Positions 1 to 11,948 of a stretch of DNA of 64,000 nt are shown here, one piece after another. This DNA is from Azolla caroliniana. Its lineage: Eukaryota; Plantae; Polypodiophyta. How positions within the stretch are numbered: position 1 is the first letter of the stretch; every line of letters begins with the position of its first letter. Below the pieces are notes generated by a model, which worked only from the letters and a program-made list of their open reading frames with translations, was not told where the DNA came from and searched no databases. Made by a program: the position numbers and the translations under genes. The stretch is taken from contig JBHGNT010000017.1 in assembly GCA_043228905.1 (NCBI GenBank), positions 6,448,001 through 6,512,000 of the forward strand, given 5' to 3'.

Positions 1-17
1 CCGAGTCGGACATCGAC

Positions 18-3000
18 TTGTGGCACAAGCGGATAGGCCACGTCAACTACCAGCGGCTTCAAGATCTGCAATCAAAACAGGTAGTGTTCGGATTGCCCAA
101 ATTTAGTGGCCGAAAGGGACAAATTTGTGAAGCCTGCCAGCTCGGGAAGCAACACCGACTTCCCTTCCCCAACGAGCGAAACCGGAGACGGAACAAGCTC
201 GACCTTATACACTCCGATGTATGGGGGCCGGCACAAAACGTTAGTCTTGGCGGGAGCCGATATTTCGTCTCCTTCATCGACGACCACACGCGGCACACGT
301 GGATCTACCTCATTGAGAGGAAGAGCGAAGTCTTCGACTGTTTCCGGGACCTCAAAGGGTTCGTGGAAAAGGAAACGGGACGAAAGATCAAGTGCCTGCG
401 GTCGGATGGCGGGAAAGACTACTTTTCTGGTCAATTCAATGGTTATCTACAACAAATGGGAATTCGGCGTGAATTCAGTTGTAGATACACGCCGGAGTAG
501 AACGGCGTGGCCGAGAGGAAGAATCGGTCAGTTGTGGAAGTGGCACGGGCAATGCTGGAGGAGAAGAGCATGCCCAAGTTCTATTGGGCCGAGGCGGTAA
601 GGACCGCGGTATACATCCAGAACTGGATCGTCGACAAAGTGTCGGCGCACGAGCTATATTTCGGAACGAAGCCGAACTTGCGACACTTGAGGGTGTTCGG
701 TAGCATCGCGTATGTGCATGTACTGAAGGAGAAAAGGAGGAAGCTGGATGCAGAGGCCGAGAAATGCATCTTGGTCGGTTACTCGGACGAGCAGAAGGGT
801 TATAAGTGCTATAACCCTCGCACCAAACAAGCGCGTGTGAGCTGCGACGTTGTGTTTGACGAGTCCGCGTCCTAGTACCTGCCCCCGACTACGAACCTCG
901 CCTCCAATCCAAGCTCTGACGATGAGGTCAGCGAGGCCGAGATGCCTCCGGATGAGCCCGAAATCGAGACCCGCAAAGAGAGTCCGATTTCACTCCGGTT
1001 AAGTGGACTGATTGGACGACTGAGTCGGTACGACCAGTCCGATGAAGAGCCGGCGAGTAGTTGAGACTCGGCCGTGCATTCCCCGTGTAGGAAGCTGAGG
1101 AGACGGCTTACGCGCAAAGAGAAAGGGAAGAGGAAGGTGTCGGATTCCGGCACGGATAAGAACGAGTCAGACCGACGCGAGTCTGACTCCGAGGGAACCG
1201 ATGACGGGTCTTTAAAGGTGAAGTCTGCGTCGACCGAGAAGGCCTCGACATCGGCTAATGTGAGATTACGCCGATCCACCCGCCAGAAGAATCCAGTTTT
1301 GTGGTTCGGATACAACGAGTACATGGCGCATCATTATGCGTACATGACCCGTGTAGCGCAAGTGCGTGAGCCGGGGAGCTACGCAGAAGCGGCTAAAGAC
1401 GCGAATTGGCGTGCCGCGATGGAGGAAGAGATGCACGCATTGGCGGAGAACGAGACCTGGGACCTGGTTGACGCACCAAGAGGGGTAAAACCGATCGGGT
1501 GTAGGTGGGTGTACAAGGTCAAGTACAACACCGATGGCTTGGTCAACCGGTACAAGGCTTGGCTAGTGGCAAAGGGCTAGGCGTAGAAACACGGCATCGA
1601 CTACGATGAGACGTTTGCGCCAGTCGTGAAAATGACGACCGTCCGTGTTTTGCTCACAGTAGTTGTGATGAAGGGGTGGCACTTACATCAGATGGATGTA
1701 AAGAATGCGTTCCTGCAAGGTGACCTTGAGGAACAGGTGTACATGGTACAACCCCCCGGATTTCACTCTAGAACGAACTCCTCGGCAGTATGCCCACTGA
1801 AGAAGTCCCTTTACGGACTGAAGCAAGCCCCGCGTGCCTGGAACGCGAAGATCACGCAACAACTGCGTCGGATGGGCTTCGTCACGCCAAAATCGGACTC
1901 TTCCCTGTTCATCCGGAAAGGTCGACTCGAACCGGTTAGTATGGTACTATATGTTGATGACTTGGTCATCACCGGCGCCGACTTAGGTGAAATTGACCGT
2001 GTGAAGCTCCAGCTTGCGGCATCGTTCGACATGAAGGATCCAGGGGACCTTCATTACTTCCTCGGGCTCGAAGAGATCCGTACCCCCGAAGGCATATTGA
2101 TCAGCCAACGTCATTACGTGCTGAGTATGCTCTTCAAATTCGGGATGGCCGACTGTAAGTTCGTCTCGACTCCTCTGGACAGAACCATCAAGCTTTGTCC
2201 CGATACGGGAAAGGTATGCGACCCGATGAGGTTCCGACAAATTGTCGGAAGCCTCATATACTTGACCATCACCCGACCCGACCTCAGTTATCCGGTCAGA
2301 GTGATTAGTCAGTTCATGGCGCGACCTACTGAGGAGCACCTTCAGTGTGCGCAACGCATACTTCAGTATGTCAACGACACTAAGGACCGGGGACTGCTAT
2401 ATCGGACCGGTGCAGCTGCGCAGTTAGTCGGCTACACCGATGCTGATTGGGTTGGCAACGCCGCCGATCGCCGATCCACGTCCGGATACGCGTTCTCCCT
2501 CGGGAGTGCCGCGATCGCATGGAGCAGTAAGAAGCAGCCGATAGTTGCACTGTCGAGCACCGAAGCTGAGTACCGAGGAGCGGCTGTCGCGACATGCGAA
2601 GCCATATGGTTGAAGCGGCTACTTAGGGACCTGCATGAGGAGGTGTCAGATCTGACGATGATCTACTGCGACAACCTCAGCAGCATCCAGCTCGCAAAAA
2701 ACCCTGTTTTCCACGCACGGACCAAGCACATTAAGGTGCACTACCATTTTGTCCGTGAGCGTGTCCTTTCCAGTGAAGTCGAACTTCAGTACGTTCCAAC
2801 AGATCGGCAAACTGCTGACATCTTCACCAAGCCTCTTGGTCTGGACAAGTTGCGGCAATTGTCAGGTGCGCTCGGATTGCGTCACCTCGATATGCCAAAC
2901 TTGAGGGGGAGAACAGTCCCAAACGACCAAGAAAGGCAGCAAGAAAGGAGTGGAGACCGCGACACCGAGTCGGTTGACTCGGTTGTCGAGTTCGACTTCA

Positions 3001-3152
3001 GATCGGCTGAAGAAGCCGAGGGCGGACCCGCGGAAAAGTCCGGAAGCGGACAGAAGGGGAGCAGCCGAAGGAGAGAGCTGAAGCCAACCACGCATGGGGA
3101 AGATGACGCCATCGAGCAAAAGACCGAAGACAGCCAACTCGGACGAGAGTGA
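18..3152 (+). pseudogene. Copia A pol (INT-RT-RNase H) with several in-frame stops
   Basis: ORF pieces 18-500, 507-875, 1074-1580 and 1626-3152 are in one frame, separated by TAG/TGA stops. Confidence 0.92.
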
Positions 3153-3426
3153 AAACCGATCGGAGCTAGCCAAGTTGGTTCGGATGTTTGATTCAGATAT
3201 GCTAAATCAACCGAGGCCCAAGCGGAAGAAAAGGTAGTAGGAGAAGCGTCAACACCGCAACAACAGAAGAGCTGATAAGGGCCACATGAGCAGACAAGCC
3301 GACCGGAAGGGTCGAAGCACGCGGAGTCGAACAGCTCGTGGAGCGCGAGTGAGGCGTGAAGCCAGGAGGAACTGGAGCTGTGAGCCTGAAGATCCCGAAG
3401 AGACTCAAGTTGAGCTTGAGGGGGAG

Positions 3427-3853
3427 TGTTGAGAGACAAGCTCAACATTGGCCGGATCGGCTAAAGAAGCCGAGGATCTGATTGGTTGGGACCGATCGGT
3501 TAGGCCGAATGCGTAAACCGGTACGCAGACCGGTGCGTAGGTAGGGCCGGATCGGTGCGTAAACCAGGAGGCCGTTAGGAAAGATATTCCATGAGGAATA
3601 TATTTGGGAGTTAGTGTAGGAGCTCTTAATGAGCATTGAAGTACTGTCAGTACTTCGGTCAGTCCTTCTAGGACTTGTATAAAAGCGTTCATTGAACACA
3701 CATATGTATAGTGTGGTGAATAGAGATTGTTTTTTTTTCTCTCACTCTCTCTGTCTCTCCCGCGTATACTGCGTAAGCTCAAGCTCTCCATTAAACCTGA
3801 GTTTTCTTCCTTCTGTTCGGTCTTCATACTTGCTTCCGCATGTTAATTTTACA
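3427..3853 (+). repeat. 3' LTR of Copia A
   Basis: Starts TGTTGAG right after the PPT (3418-3426), has TATAAAA at ~3678 and a CT-rich tract, ends TTTTACA; Gypsy RNase H coding sequence resumes immediately after. Confidence 0.85.
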
Positions 3854-6500
3854 AGGAGGGCCGAGTGACCAACGTGGAATGTGAAGTTCAGGCCCAAGAG
3901 GTAATGCCGGAATTTGTTGATGCTGTAGACCATACCGAGGGCCTCGCGTTCAGTTGTTGAGTAGTTCTTTTCCGTGGCCGAGAGTCGTCGGCTAGTGTAA
4001 TACACTGGCCGGTAACAATTTGGTGGTGTGCGCTCCATGAACGCATTGCCGATGGCTATATCTGATGCGTCTACGAAGACGTGAAAAGGTTCCGACCAGA
4101 TTGGTGGCTGTACCACCGGGGCATGGGAGAGCATTAACTTCAAGGCTTGTTACGCTTCGTTTTCTATTGAAAACCACTAAAATGGGAGTCTATGCACCGC
4201 CACGTGCAAAGGAGTCACGAAATCGGGCAGGTGTCGTAACACCCGGCTATGCCATCTAATTTGGCTCAGGAATCGGCTGAGAGCCTTCGCGGTAGAGGGC
4301 GTGGGAGCATTCAGAATGGCATGCACTTTATCCGGGTCCATGGCGATACCTTCCTAGCTGACTATGTGCTCGAGCATATTGTCGCTTGTCACCAAGAACG
4401 CGCATTTTGCCAGATTTAAGCTCAACCAAGCGCGTCGACATTGCTCAAGACAGAGGCGTAGCTGGGTCATATGCTCCAGCCACTGGCCATACACGGCAAA
4501 GTCGTCGAGGAACACTTGGATGAACGCCGGGATATACTCTTTGAAAATCTCTGTGATGATGTGTTGGAATGTGGCCGATGCCGTTTTTAATCCGAACATC
4601 ATTACCTCGGCCACGAAGATACCCCATTCCGTGACAAACGTCATTTTCTCTTGATCGTCCAAGTGCATTCTGATTTGATTATAGCCATTGAACCCATCGA
4701 GGAAACTGTAGCAATTAGGACCAGCCACCGTGTCGAGGACACTATCTGTGAACGGAAGAGAAAACCCATCCGTGACTATCGCGGCATTGAGTTTGCGGTA
4801 ATCAACGCAAATGTGGATTTTCCCATTTTTCTTGAGGACGACGATGATTGGGCTTAACCATGTGGCTTTTTTTACTAGGTGTATAAAGCCTACTTGAAGG
4901 AGTTTGTCGATTTCCTCTTTGACCTTAGTTGCGTAGTTGGGGTTCACACGGTACCGTCGTTGTTGGATCGGCCGAGTGTTCGGCATGAGGTGTACTTGGT
5001 GTTGGTAAAATTGGGGATCCAATCCCTTCATATCAGTGTAAGACCATGCGAATACATCTTGATACTCCGTGAGCAGGTGTATCAGGGCTGACCGTTCGTC
5101 TGCTAGTAAGTTATTAGCGATTTGTAGTGTACGCAGGTTCTCATCGGAGCCGAGGTTCAGTGACTTGAGCGTTGATGCTTTGACTCGCTGGGAGATGTAG
5201 AGTTCTCATTCGAACGCGTCCCGAGCTTGTCGTAATTCCGCGATAGTTGTGGAATCGGCTTCGTCTTGGGGAAGGGAATCTGGCGTGACATCCTCGTCCA
5301 GTGGTGTGCCGAAACCCGAAATGGCGTTTATTTCGAAGAGGGGTATGATAGTGGGATGATCTTCTAGGAAGTCATCCAGTTCTTCGTCGGCTAAGCTATC
5401 GAGCATGTGTACCCCTTCCGTATATAAGGGTGTAGTGTTGTGGGGCATGGTTAGGCGTTCTTCTGTTATTACCTGTACCTTGGTCTTCCCCTGGCGGAAA
5501 GAGATCATATTCCGCTGCCGATGTTGTTTAATATTTGCTGTGCGCAACCAAGGTCAGCCAAGCAGCATTGGGTAAGCACTCGGAGCTTCGAGGCGTAACA
5601 CGAGTGCCGAGATAGTGAACATGTGGCTGCCTAACGTGAAATCAAGGTGGCAGATTAACCCGATGGGGCGAACCAATCGCGTATCAGCCATCCAAATCCA
5701 AAAGGGGCAATGTTCCCATTGGTTTAGGCCGAGAGTGTGACATGTGGGCTCGCTGATGACATTCATGCCGAAGCCACCATCGATTATGCATCCATGAAGG
5801 TCACATCCTTTAATTATGATTTTCATGGCTGGGTTCTAGGAATCCATGAGGGGTGGGCCCGTCCCTGGCTCCGTGATGTTAACAGGGGGTGCGACCGATT
5901 TGTCATTAGCCGTGAGCATAGCCAAGGTATCCTGAAAGCACGACATGAGTGATAAAAGCTTATGTAATGGTAGCGAGATCCTAGCGTTGGTAAGGGCTTC
6001 CCAGAAATGGTCATCTTCTGTCGCGGTGGATGGTCCTGCGGCCGGTGGTGCGCCGATGGTCACGTCCTGCATCTCTGTGTGCATCCGTGCCACATTGCTT
6101 TTATTGGCGGTCTCAATCCTTCCTTGGCTACTTGTCGGATGTCATCTTGTTCTTACCATTGGCTGGCTTGGGTCTTGCTATGTGTAGTGACGTGTTGAAC
6201 GTTGGCCATAATAGTATTCACGGCCGGGGCCTTGCCGCGGTTCATGGTTGGGCATTGGGTAGCGTAGTGGCTGGGTTGGTTACACTTAAAGCTGGTAACG
6301 GATGCTGAGTGGCTGGTGTCACTGTGCTCAGTGTGTGGGAAAGGTTGTGAGTGGTTCCCGGCCGCTTGTGTAGGCGTGTTAGCCCATGGTGCGTTGTGCG
6401 GGACGTTTGGAGGGGGGTCCCGAGGACGATTGTCGTTCTACCGTCAATTGTTCCACGAACCTCTGTAAGAGTTTCTTCTATCGTTTCGTGAATACCGCTG

Positions 6501-7182
6501 TGATGGAAATCGATTAACACTTTCCAATCTTCACCTCTCGGCCACAACCAAGGAAACACACTAATCGTTGTTGCAGAAAATGGGAAATGCGAAAAATAGA
6601 GTGGACACACGATTTAACGTGGAAAACCCTGTACGGGAAAAACCACGGGAGTACAAGACTCCAAACCAAAACTGTACACAGAGAAGTATACAATGGCGAG
6701 CTGCAAGGCGACGACCTTGAGCTCGCTGTCCTCGCCACAGGCGGCGGAAATACACAGAGGCGTCGACCTCTTCCTCTCTCACGCTCTATCTCTCTCACGG
6801 CTGCTCTCTCTTCACACCTCTTGAGTGGTAAAACAGAAAAAATATGAGCAGCAACATAAAACTGTTTGCCCTAAGTCATATTTATACACATATGACTTTC
6901 GGGCTATTTACAAGTATAGCCTGGAGGGCCCTTGACAAACATATTCACAAATATGTCCCAGCATCCGGATCTCTCTCCGGGTACATACGTCATCCGGCTC
7001 CGTAATCGAGGTCTCTTCATCCGGCTTCATGCCGGGTACGTCTTCAGCATCCGGCTCCGTAACCGAGGTCTCTTCATCCGGCTTCATGCCGGGTACTCTT
7101 CATCACCCGGTTCCGTAACCGTAACCGGGATTGCCGTCATTCATCTCCGGACATCCCATCCGGAGGGACCGAAATCCCAACA
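6501..7182 (-). repeat. 3' LTR of Copia C (682 bp) with ~57-bp tandem duplication in U3
   Basis: Direct repeat of 11297-11948; CATCCGGCTCCGTAA-containing unit duplicated at ~6990-7100. Confidence 0.95.
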
Positions 7183-7192
7183 AACTCCCCCT

Positions 7193-10100
7193 TCACTTCG
7201 GCATGGGATGTCTCTCCAACCCGATCCTCTTCCGGCATGCTTCCAGCTTGTCGGGTGTGAGCACCTTGGTCAGCATATCCGACCCGTTCTCGTCCGTGTG
7301 GATCTTCGTCAGCACGAACTCCTTGTCTTCTATCCTTTCCCGGATCCAGTGGTATCTACGCTGGATGTGCTTCGTCCGGGAGTGATAGGCCGCGTTCTTC
7401 GCAAGGTGGATGGCACTCTGACTGTCGCAGTAGAGTCGGTACTCCTCCTGCCGGATACCGAGCTCTCTAATGAAATCCTTCATCCATATTATTTCCTTGT
7501 CGGCTTCAACAGCCGCCATGTACTCCGCCTCCGTGGTTGACAACGCAACCGTCTTCTGCAGCCTCGACTGCCATGAAACAGCTCCCCCTGCATACGTCAT
7601 CACATACCCTGATGTGGACCGGCTGGTATCTGCATCAGCCGACATATCCGAATCGGTGAAGCCGTCGAGTTCGGGCTTACCGGAGCCGAATCGGAGGCAC
7701 ACGTTTGCCGTGCCCTTCAGGTATCGGAGTATCCACTTGGCCGCGTTCCAATGCTCTTTGCCGGGATTGCTCATGTACCGGCTCACCACTCCGACTGCAT
7801 ATCCTATGTCCGGTCGGGTACACACCATTGCGTACATCGAGCTCCCGACGGCAGAGGCATATGGTACTTTCATCATGTCCTCCTTCTCAGCCTTTGTATT
7901 GGGGCTTTGCTTGCTGGACAGCTTGCAGTTTGCCGGGAGTGTTGACCCGACCGGTCTTGCTTCCGACATGTTGAACCGGTGAAGCACCTTTGTCACGTAC
8001 TTCTCCTGTGACAGCCACAACTGCTTCTTCTTCCGGTCCCGGATGATGTGCATCCCTAGTATTTGCCTCGCCGGACCCAGGTCCTTCATTGAGAAGGTTC
8101 GGTGAAGAGCCTTCTTCAGCATCCGTATCTTGACCTGGTCTCGTCCGACGATCAACATGTCGTCCACGTACAGGAGGAGTATTAGAAAGTCTCCTCCTTC
8201 GAACTTCTTCACAAACACGCAGTGGTCGGACTGCGTTTTGAGGTACCCTTCGTCGGTCATGAAGGAGTCGAACTTCCGGTACCATTGCCGGGGAGCCTGC
8301 TTCAGTCCGTACAGGCTCTTCTTCAACCGGCATACCAGGTGCTCCTTCCCTTTCTTCTCGAATCCTTCCGGTTGCTTCATGTAGATCTCTTCTTCGAGGT
8401 CACCGTGAAGGAATGCCGTCTTCACGTCCATCTGTTCTACCTCGAGGTCCATGCTTGCCGCTATGCTCAGCACCGTCCGGATGGAGGTCATCTTCACTAC
8501 CGGGGCAAATATCTCGTCGAAGTCGACGCCCTTCTTCTGCTGAAACCCCTTCACCACGATCCTGGCTTTGTATCTCGGGGGGTTTCCGGCATCTCCCGGT
8601 TTCAGCTTGAACACCCACTTGTTTCGAAGTGCCCGTTTTCCTTTCGGCAACTCCACAAGTTCATATGTGTGGTTCTCATGCAGGGAATCCATCTCGTCCT
8701 GCATGGCACTCAACCACCTGTGGCTCTGGGTGTCATGCTTTGCTTCTTCAAAGCTCTCCGGCTCCCCCTCGTCGGTTAGCAGCACGTGCTCTGGTTCCGG
8801 AAATCTCCGGGGGACCCTTCTCTCTCTTAGAGGATATCTCCGTTCCGGAGCTTCGGTAACCGGCTCCTCCGTTTCCTCTTCATCCGAATCCATTTCGGGA
8901 TCGGGGCCGGTTCCGGTATCAGTTTCATCTTCCTCGGGGGGTTCTGTTTCTTCACCGTCTTCGGCCGGATCCTCGAGTGCTAACCGGTCCCTTGCCGGTC
9001 GGGACTGCTCTTCGTAGAGTTGATCCTCACCGGTCGACTTGGAGCTCTTCATCTTCTTCTCCGACTCCAAATCGGCGAGTGTCTTGTCCTCCATGAAGAT
9101 GATGTCTCGACTCCTGAATATCTTCTTGTCGACCGGGTCCCATACTCGGTAGCCGAACTCGTCGTCGCCGTAACCGAGGAATATGCATGGCCGGGTCTTT
9201 GGATCTAGCTTTCCTCTCCGGTCCTTTGCCACATGCACGTAAGCGAGACACCCGAACACCTTCAGATGCCGGTAGGACACTTCCTTACCGGTCCACACTC
9301 TCTGCGGTGTGTCTCCGTCCAAAGGTACTGAGGGTGATCTGTTTATCACGTATGTCGCCGTCGACATTGCCTCAGCCCAAAATCCCTTGGGTAATTTCGC
9401 ATGTGCTAGCATACTCCGGACCCTCTCCATTATGGTCCGGTTCATCCTCTCGGCCAGCCCGTTCAGTTCCGGCGTCTTCGGCACAGTAAACTCGAGCCGG
9501 ATTCCCTTTGAGCGACAGTACTCTGCAAACTGCCCCCGGTATTCCCCTCCGTTATCCGCTCGTATCGCTTTCAGCTTCTTGCCGGATTCCCTTTCCACTC
9601 TCGCGTGGAGTTCTTTGAAGACGGACAATACTTGGTCCTTTGTCTTCAACGGTGCCGTCCAGAGCTTCCGGCTATGGTTATCTATGAATGTTACGAAGTA
9701 CTGGGCTCCGCCATGTGACTTCGTTTCTACCTGACACACATCAGTGTGTACCAACTCCAATGGTACACTACGTCTCGTCGGTGGCCTTGAGTGGAAGGAG
9801 GTTCGGTTCTGTTTACCGGCCAGGCAATCGGTGCACTTCTCCAGGTGCACATGCTTCACTGGAATAAGGTTGTCTTCTGCAAGCCTCTTCATCCCCTTCT
9901 CACTCATGTGACACAGTCTCTTGTGCCACAGCTCACCGGCAGTATCGGCTGCCACGTTCAGCTCTTCCGGAGATAGCCGGGAATTCATCAAGTACAGTGT
10001 GTTGACCTTCCGGGCCCGAGCCACTATCAGGCTCCCTTTGCTGAACTTCATGACACCGTTCCGGATGCTACCCGTGTAGCCTTCATCATCTAGCCTCCCG

Positions 10101-11266
10101 GCCGAGATCAGGTTCAATCGGACCTCCGGAACGTGTCGAACATCCTTCAGCAGCATCTTGCATCCGGTTGATGTCATCAGCCACACGTCTCCCATGCCGG
10201 CAATCCGGCATGTGCCTTCATTTCCCATCCGGACACAGCCATGCTCACCGGCTGTGTAGGATGAGAAGTATTTCTTCTCAGGGGTCAGGTGGAACGACGC
10301 TCCGGAATCGACCACCCAGGTCATCTCTACACCGGCAAGGTTCAGCTCCCTCTCTTCGGTAATGAGCATTATCTCTTCTTCACTTGCCGCGAGTGCCGTC
10401 GTTCCTTTCCGGTCCTGCCCTCGCCGATCCGGACCTCTCCGGTCCGTGGCTCCCCGGTATGCACCGTTTCTCTCCGGTGACTTCTTCGAATCGGTGTCGT
10501 CGGCACCGTTGTCCTTTCGGTAATGCCGACAATTCTTCCGGAAGTGCCCCGGCTTCCCACAGTGGAAGCATGTGGGTCTTCCTCTTGACTGCGACCGGGT
10601 CCCCGACTTCTCCCGTCTTTGCGGACTCCGGTTCCATTGTCTTCCCCGTTCCGATTCGGTAAGCAGCGCCTTCGAGTCGGAGGCCGGTTCTTTATCTCTC
10701 CGACGCGCTTCTTCGTTCAAAATACTTGTCTTTACCGTTTGTAGGGACAAGTTATCTTCCGTGCAGGAGGTGCTGAGAGTCACCACCAAGTTCTCCCAGC
10801 TTTCCAGCAATGTACACATCAGAATGATGGCTTGCATTGCATCCTCCAGCGGGAACTTGATCGCCGCAAGCTGGTTCACGAATCCCATGAACGTGCTTAC
10901 GTGTTCCACCATACTCTCGCCGTCCCGGTACTTGAGATTCACAATCTTCCTCACCAGGGAGGTCCGGTTCAACGCATTCTTCCTCTCGTAGAGGCCCGAC
11001 AGCTTCCGCCACATCTCATATGCGTTGGTGTCGTTCGCCACATGTTGTAGAACGCTCACGTCTACGTATTGCCGAATGGTTGCAACGGCTTTCTGGTTTA
11101 GAAGCCTCCATTCCGACTCAAGTACCCCCTTCGGTATTTCCGACCTGTCAATCGGTTCGTACAGGTCCCGAACAATCAGAAGATCCTCCATCTTGATCTT
11201 CCAGTCGGCGTAATTCTGCGCATTCAGCACCATCATCCTCGGCTGCCCGCTGCCGCCGCCTTCCAT
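7193..11266 (-). CDS. Copia C gag-pol polyprotein (1357 aa from the ATG after the PBS), uninterrupted
   Basis: Single ORF with CCHC (CFHCGKPGHFRKNC), protease (VVDSGAS), integrase D-D-E (HTDVC, ADNGGEY, AERMN), RT (YVDDML), RNase H (FTDSD, EAEY, YCDSQ). Confidence 0.95.
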   Translation of the reverse strand: MEGGGSGQPRMMVLNAQNYADWKIKMEDLLIVRDLYEPIDRSEIPKGVLESEWRLLNQKAVATIRQYVDVSVLQHVANDTNAYEMWRKLSGLYERKNALNRTSLVRKIVNLKYRDGESMVEHVSTFMGFVNQLAAIKFPLEDAMQAIILMCTLLESWENLVVTLSTSCTEDNLSLQTVKTSILNEEARRRDKEPASDSKALLTESERGRQWNRSPQRREKSGTRSQSRGRPTCFHCGKPGHFRKNCRHYRKDNGADDTDSKKSPERNGAYRGATDRRGPDRRGQDRKGTTALAASEEEIMLITEERELNLAGVEMTWVVDSGASFHLTPEKKYFSSYTAGEHGCVRMGNEGTCRIAGMGDVWLMTSTGCKMLLKDVRHVPEVRLNLISAGRLDDEGYTGSIRNGVMKFSKGSLIVARARKVNTLYLMNSRLSPEELNVAADTAGELWHKRLCHMSEKGMKRLAEDNLIPVKHVHLEKCTDCLAGKQNRTSFHSRPPTRRSVPLELVHTDVCQVETKSHGGAQYFVTFIDNHSRKLWTAPLKTKDQVLSVFKELHARVERESGKKLKAIRADNGGEYRGQFAEYCRSKGIRLEFTVPKTPELNGLAERMNRTIMERVRSMLAHAKLPKGFWAEAMSTATYVINRSPSVPLDGDTPQRVWTGKEVSYRHLKVFGCLAYVHVAKDRRGKLDPKTRPCIFLGYGDDEFGYRVWDPVDKKIFRSRDIIFMEDKTLADLESEKKMKSSKSTGEDQLYEEQSRPARDRLALEDPAEDGEETEPPEEDETDTGTGPDPEMDSDEEETEEPVTEAPERRYPLRERRVPRRFPEPEHVLLTDEGEPESFEEAKHDTQSHRWLSAMQDEMDSLHENHTYELVELPKGKRALRNKWVFKLKPGDAGNPPRYKARIVVKGFQQKKGVDFDEIFAPVVKMTSIRTVLSIAASMDLEVEQMDVKTAFLHGDLEEEIYMKQPEGFEKKGKEHLVCRLKKSLYGLKQAPRQWYRKFDSFMTDEGYLKTQSDHCVFVKKFEGGDFLILLLYVDDMLIVGRDQVKIRMLKKALHRTFSMKDLGPARQILGMHIIRDRKKKQLWLSQEKYVTKVLHRFNMSEARPVGSTLPANCKLSSKQSPNTKAEKEDMMKVPYASAVGSSMYAMVCTRPDIGYAVGVVSRYMSNPGKEHWNAAKWILRYLKGTANVCLRFGSGKPELDGFTDSDMSADADTSRSTSGYVMTYAGGAVSWQSRLQKTVALSTTEAEYMAAVEADKEIIWMKDFIRELGIRQEEYRLYCDSQSAIHLAKNAAYHSRTKHIQRRYHWIRERIEDKEFVLTKIHTDENGSDMLTKVLTPDKLEACRKRIGLERHPMPK

Positions 11267-11296
11267 TTTCTGCAGCAGCTCGCTCTGATACCAAAT

Positions 11297-11948
11297 TGAT
11301 GGAAATCGATTAACACTTTCCAATCTTCACCTCTCGGCCACAACCAAGGAAACACATGAATCGTTGTTGCAGAAAATGGGAAATGCGAAAAATAGAGTGG
11401 ACACACGATTTAACGTGGAAAACCCTGTACGGGAAAAACCACGGGAGTACAAGACTCCAAACCAAAACTGTACACAGAGAAGTATACAATGGCGAGCTGC
11501 AAGGCGACGACCTTGAGCTCGCTGTCCTCGCCACAGGCGGCGGAAATACACAGAGGCGTCGACCTCTTCCTCTCTCACGCTCTATCTCTCTCACGACTGC
11601 TCTCTCTTCACACCTCTTGAGTGGTAAAACAGAAAAATATGAGCAGCAACATAAAACTGTTTGCCCTAAGTCATATTTATACACATATGACTTTCGGGCT
11701 ATTTACAAGTATAGCCTGGAGGGCCCTTGACAAACATATTCACAAATATGTCCCAGCATCCGGATCTCTCTCCGGGTACATACGTCATCCGGCTCCGTAA
11801 CCGGGGTCTTCAGCATCCGGCTCCGTAACCGAGGTCTCTTCATCCGGCTTCATGCCGGGTACTCTTCATCACCCGGTTCCGTAACGGCCTCCGGGCTTGC
11901 CGTCATTCATCTCCGGACATCCCATCCGGAGGGACCGAAATCCCAACA
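11297..11948 (-). repeat. 5' LTR of Copia C (652 bp)
   Basis: Direct repeat of 6501-7182; separated from the PBS by 3 nt. Confidence 0.95.

Larger units (their letters stand above)
1..3853 (+). mobile_element. Ty1/Copia LTR retrotransposon A (5' part outside window), decayed
   Basis: Order GAG-pre-integrase/INT (WHKRIGH, HSDVWGP, LRSDGG) - RT ([16 protein letters not shown]) - RNase H (YTDADW, EAEY, YCDN, ADIFTK); PPT GAGGGGGAG directly before a TG..CA LTR; it interrupts the Gypsy RNase H ORF exactly at 3853/3854. Confidence 0.95.
6501..11948 (-). mobile_element. Full-length Ty1/Copia retrotransposon C (Tnt1/Tork-like)
   Basis: LTRs 6501-7182 and 11297-11948 (TGATGG..CCCAACA on + strand), 5-bp TSD CGCTG (6496-6500, 11949-11953), PBS TGGTATCAGAGC (tRNA-iMet, 11282-11293), PPT at 7183-7194. 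Confidence 0.98.

Noticed and set aside
2912-3448. env-like or extra gene after Copia A RNase H
   Set aside because: Low-complexity, no transmembrane segment, not conserved in Copia F.
7131-11213. Many plus-strand ORFs antisense to Copia C pol (and similar ones over other pol genes)
   Set aside because: Shadow ORFs of GC-rich coding sequence with no recognisable motifs.
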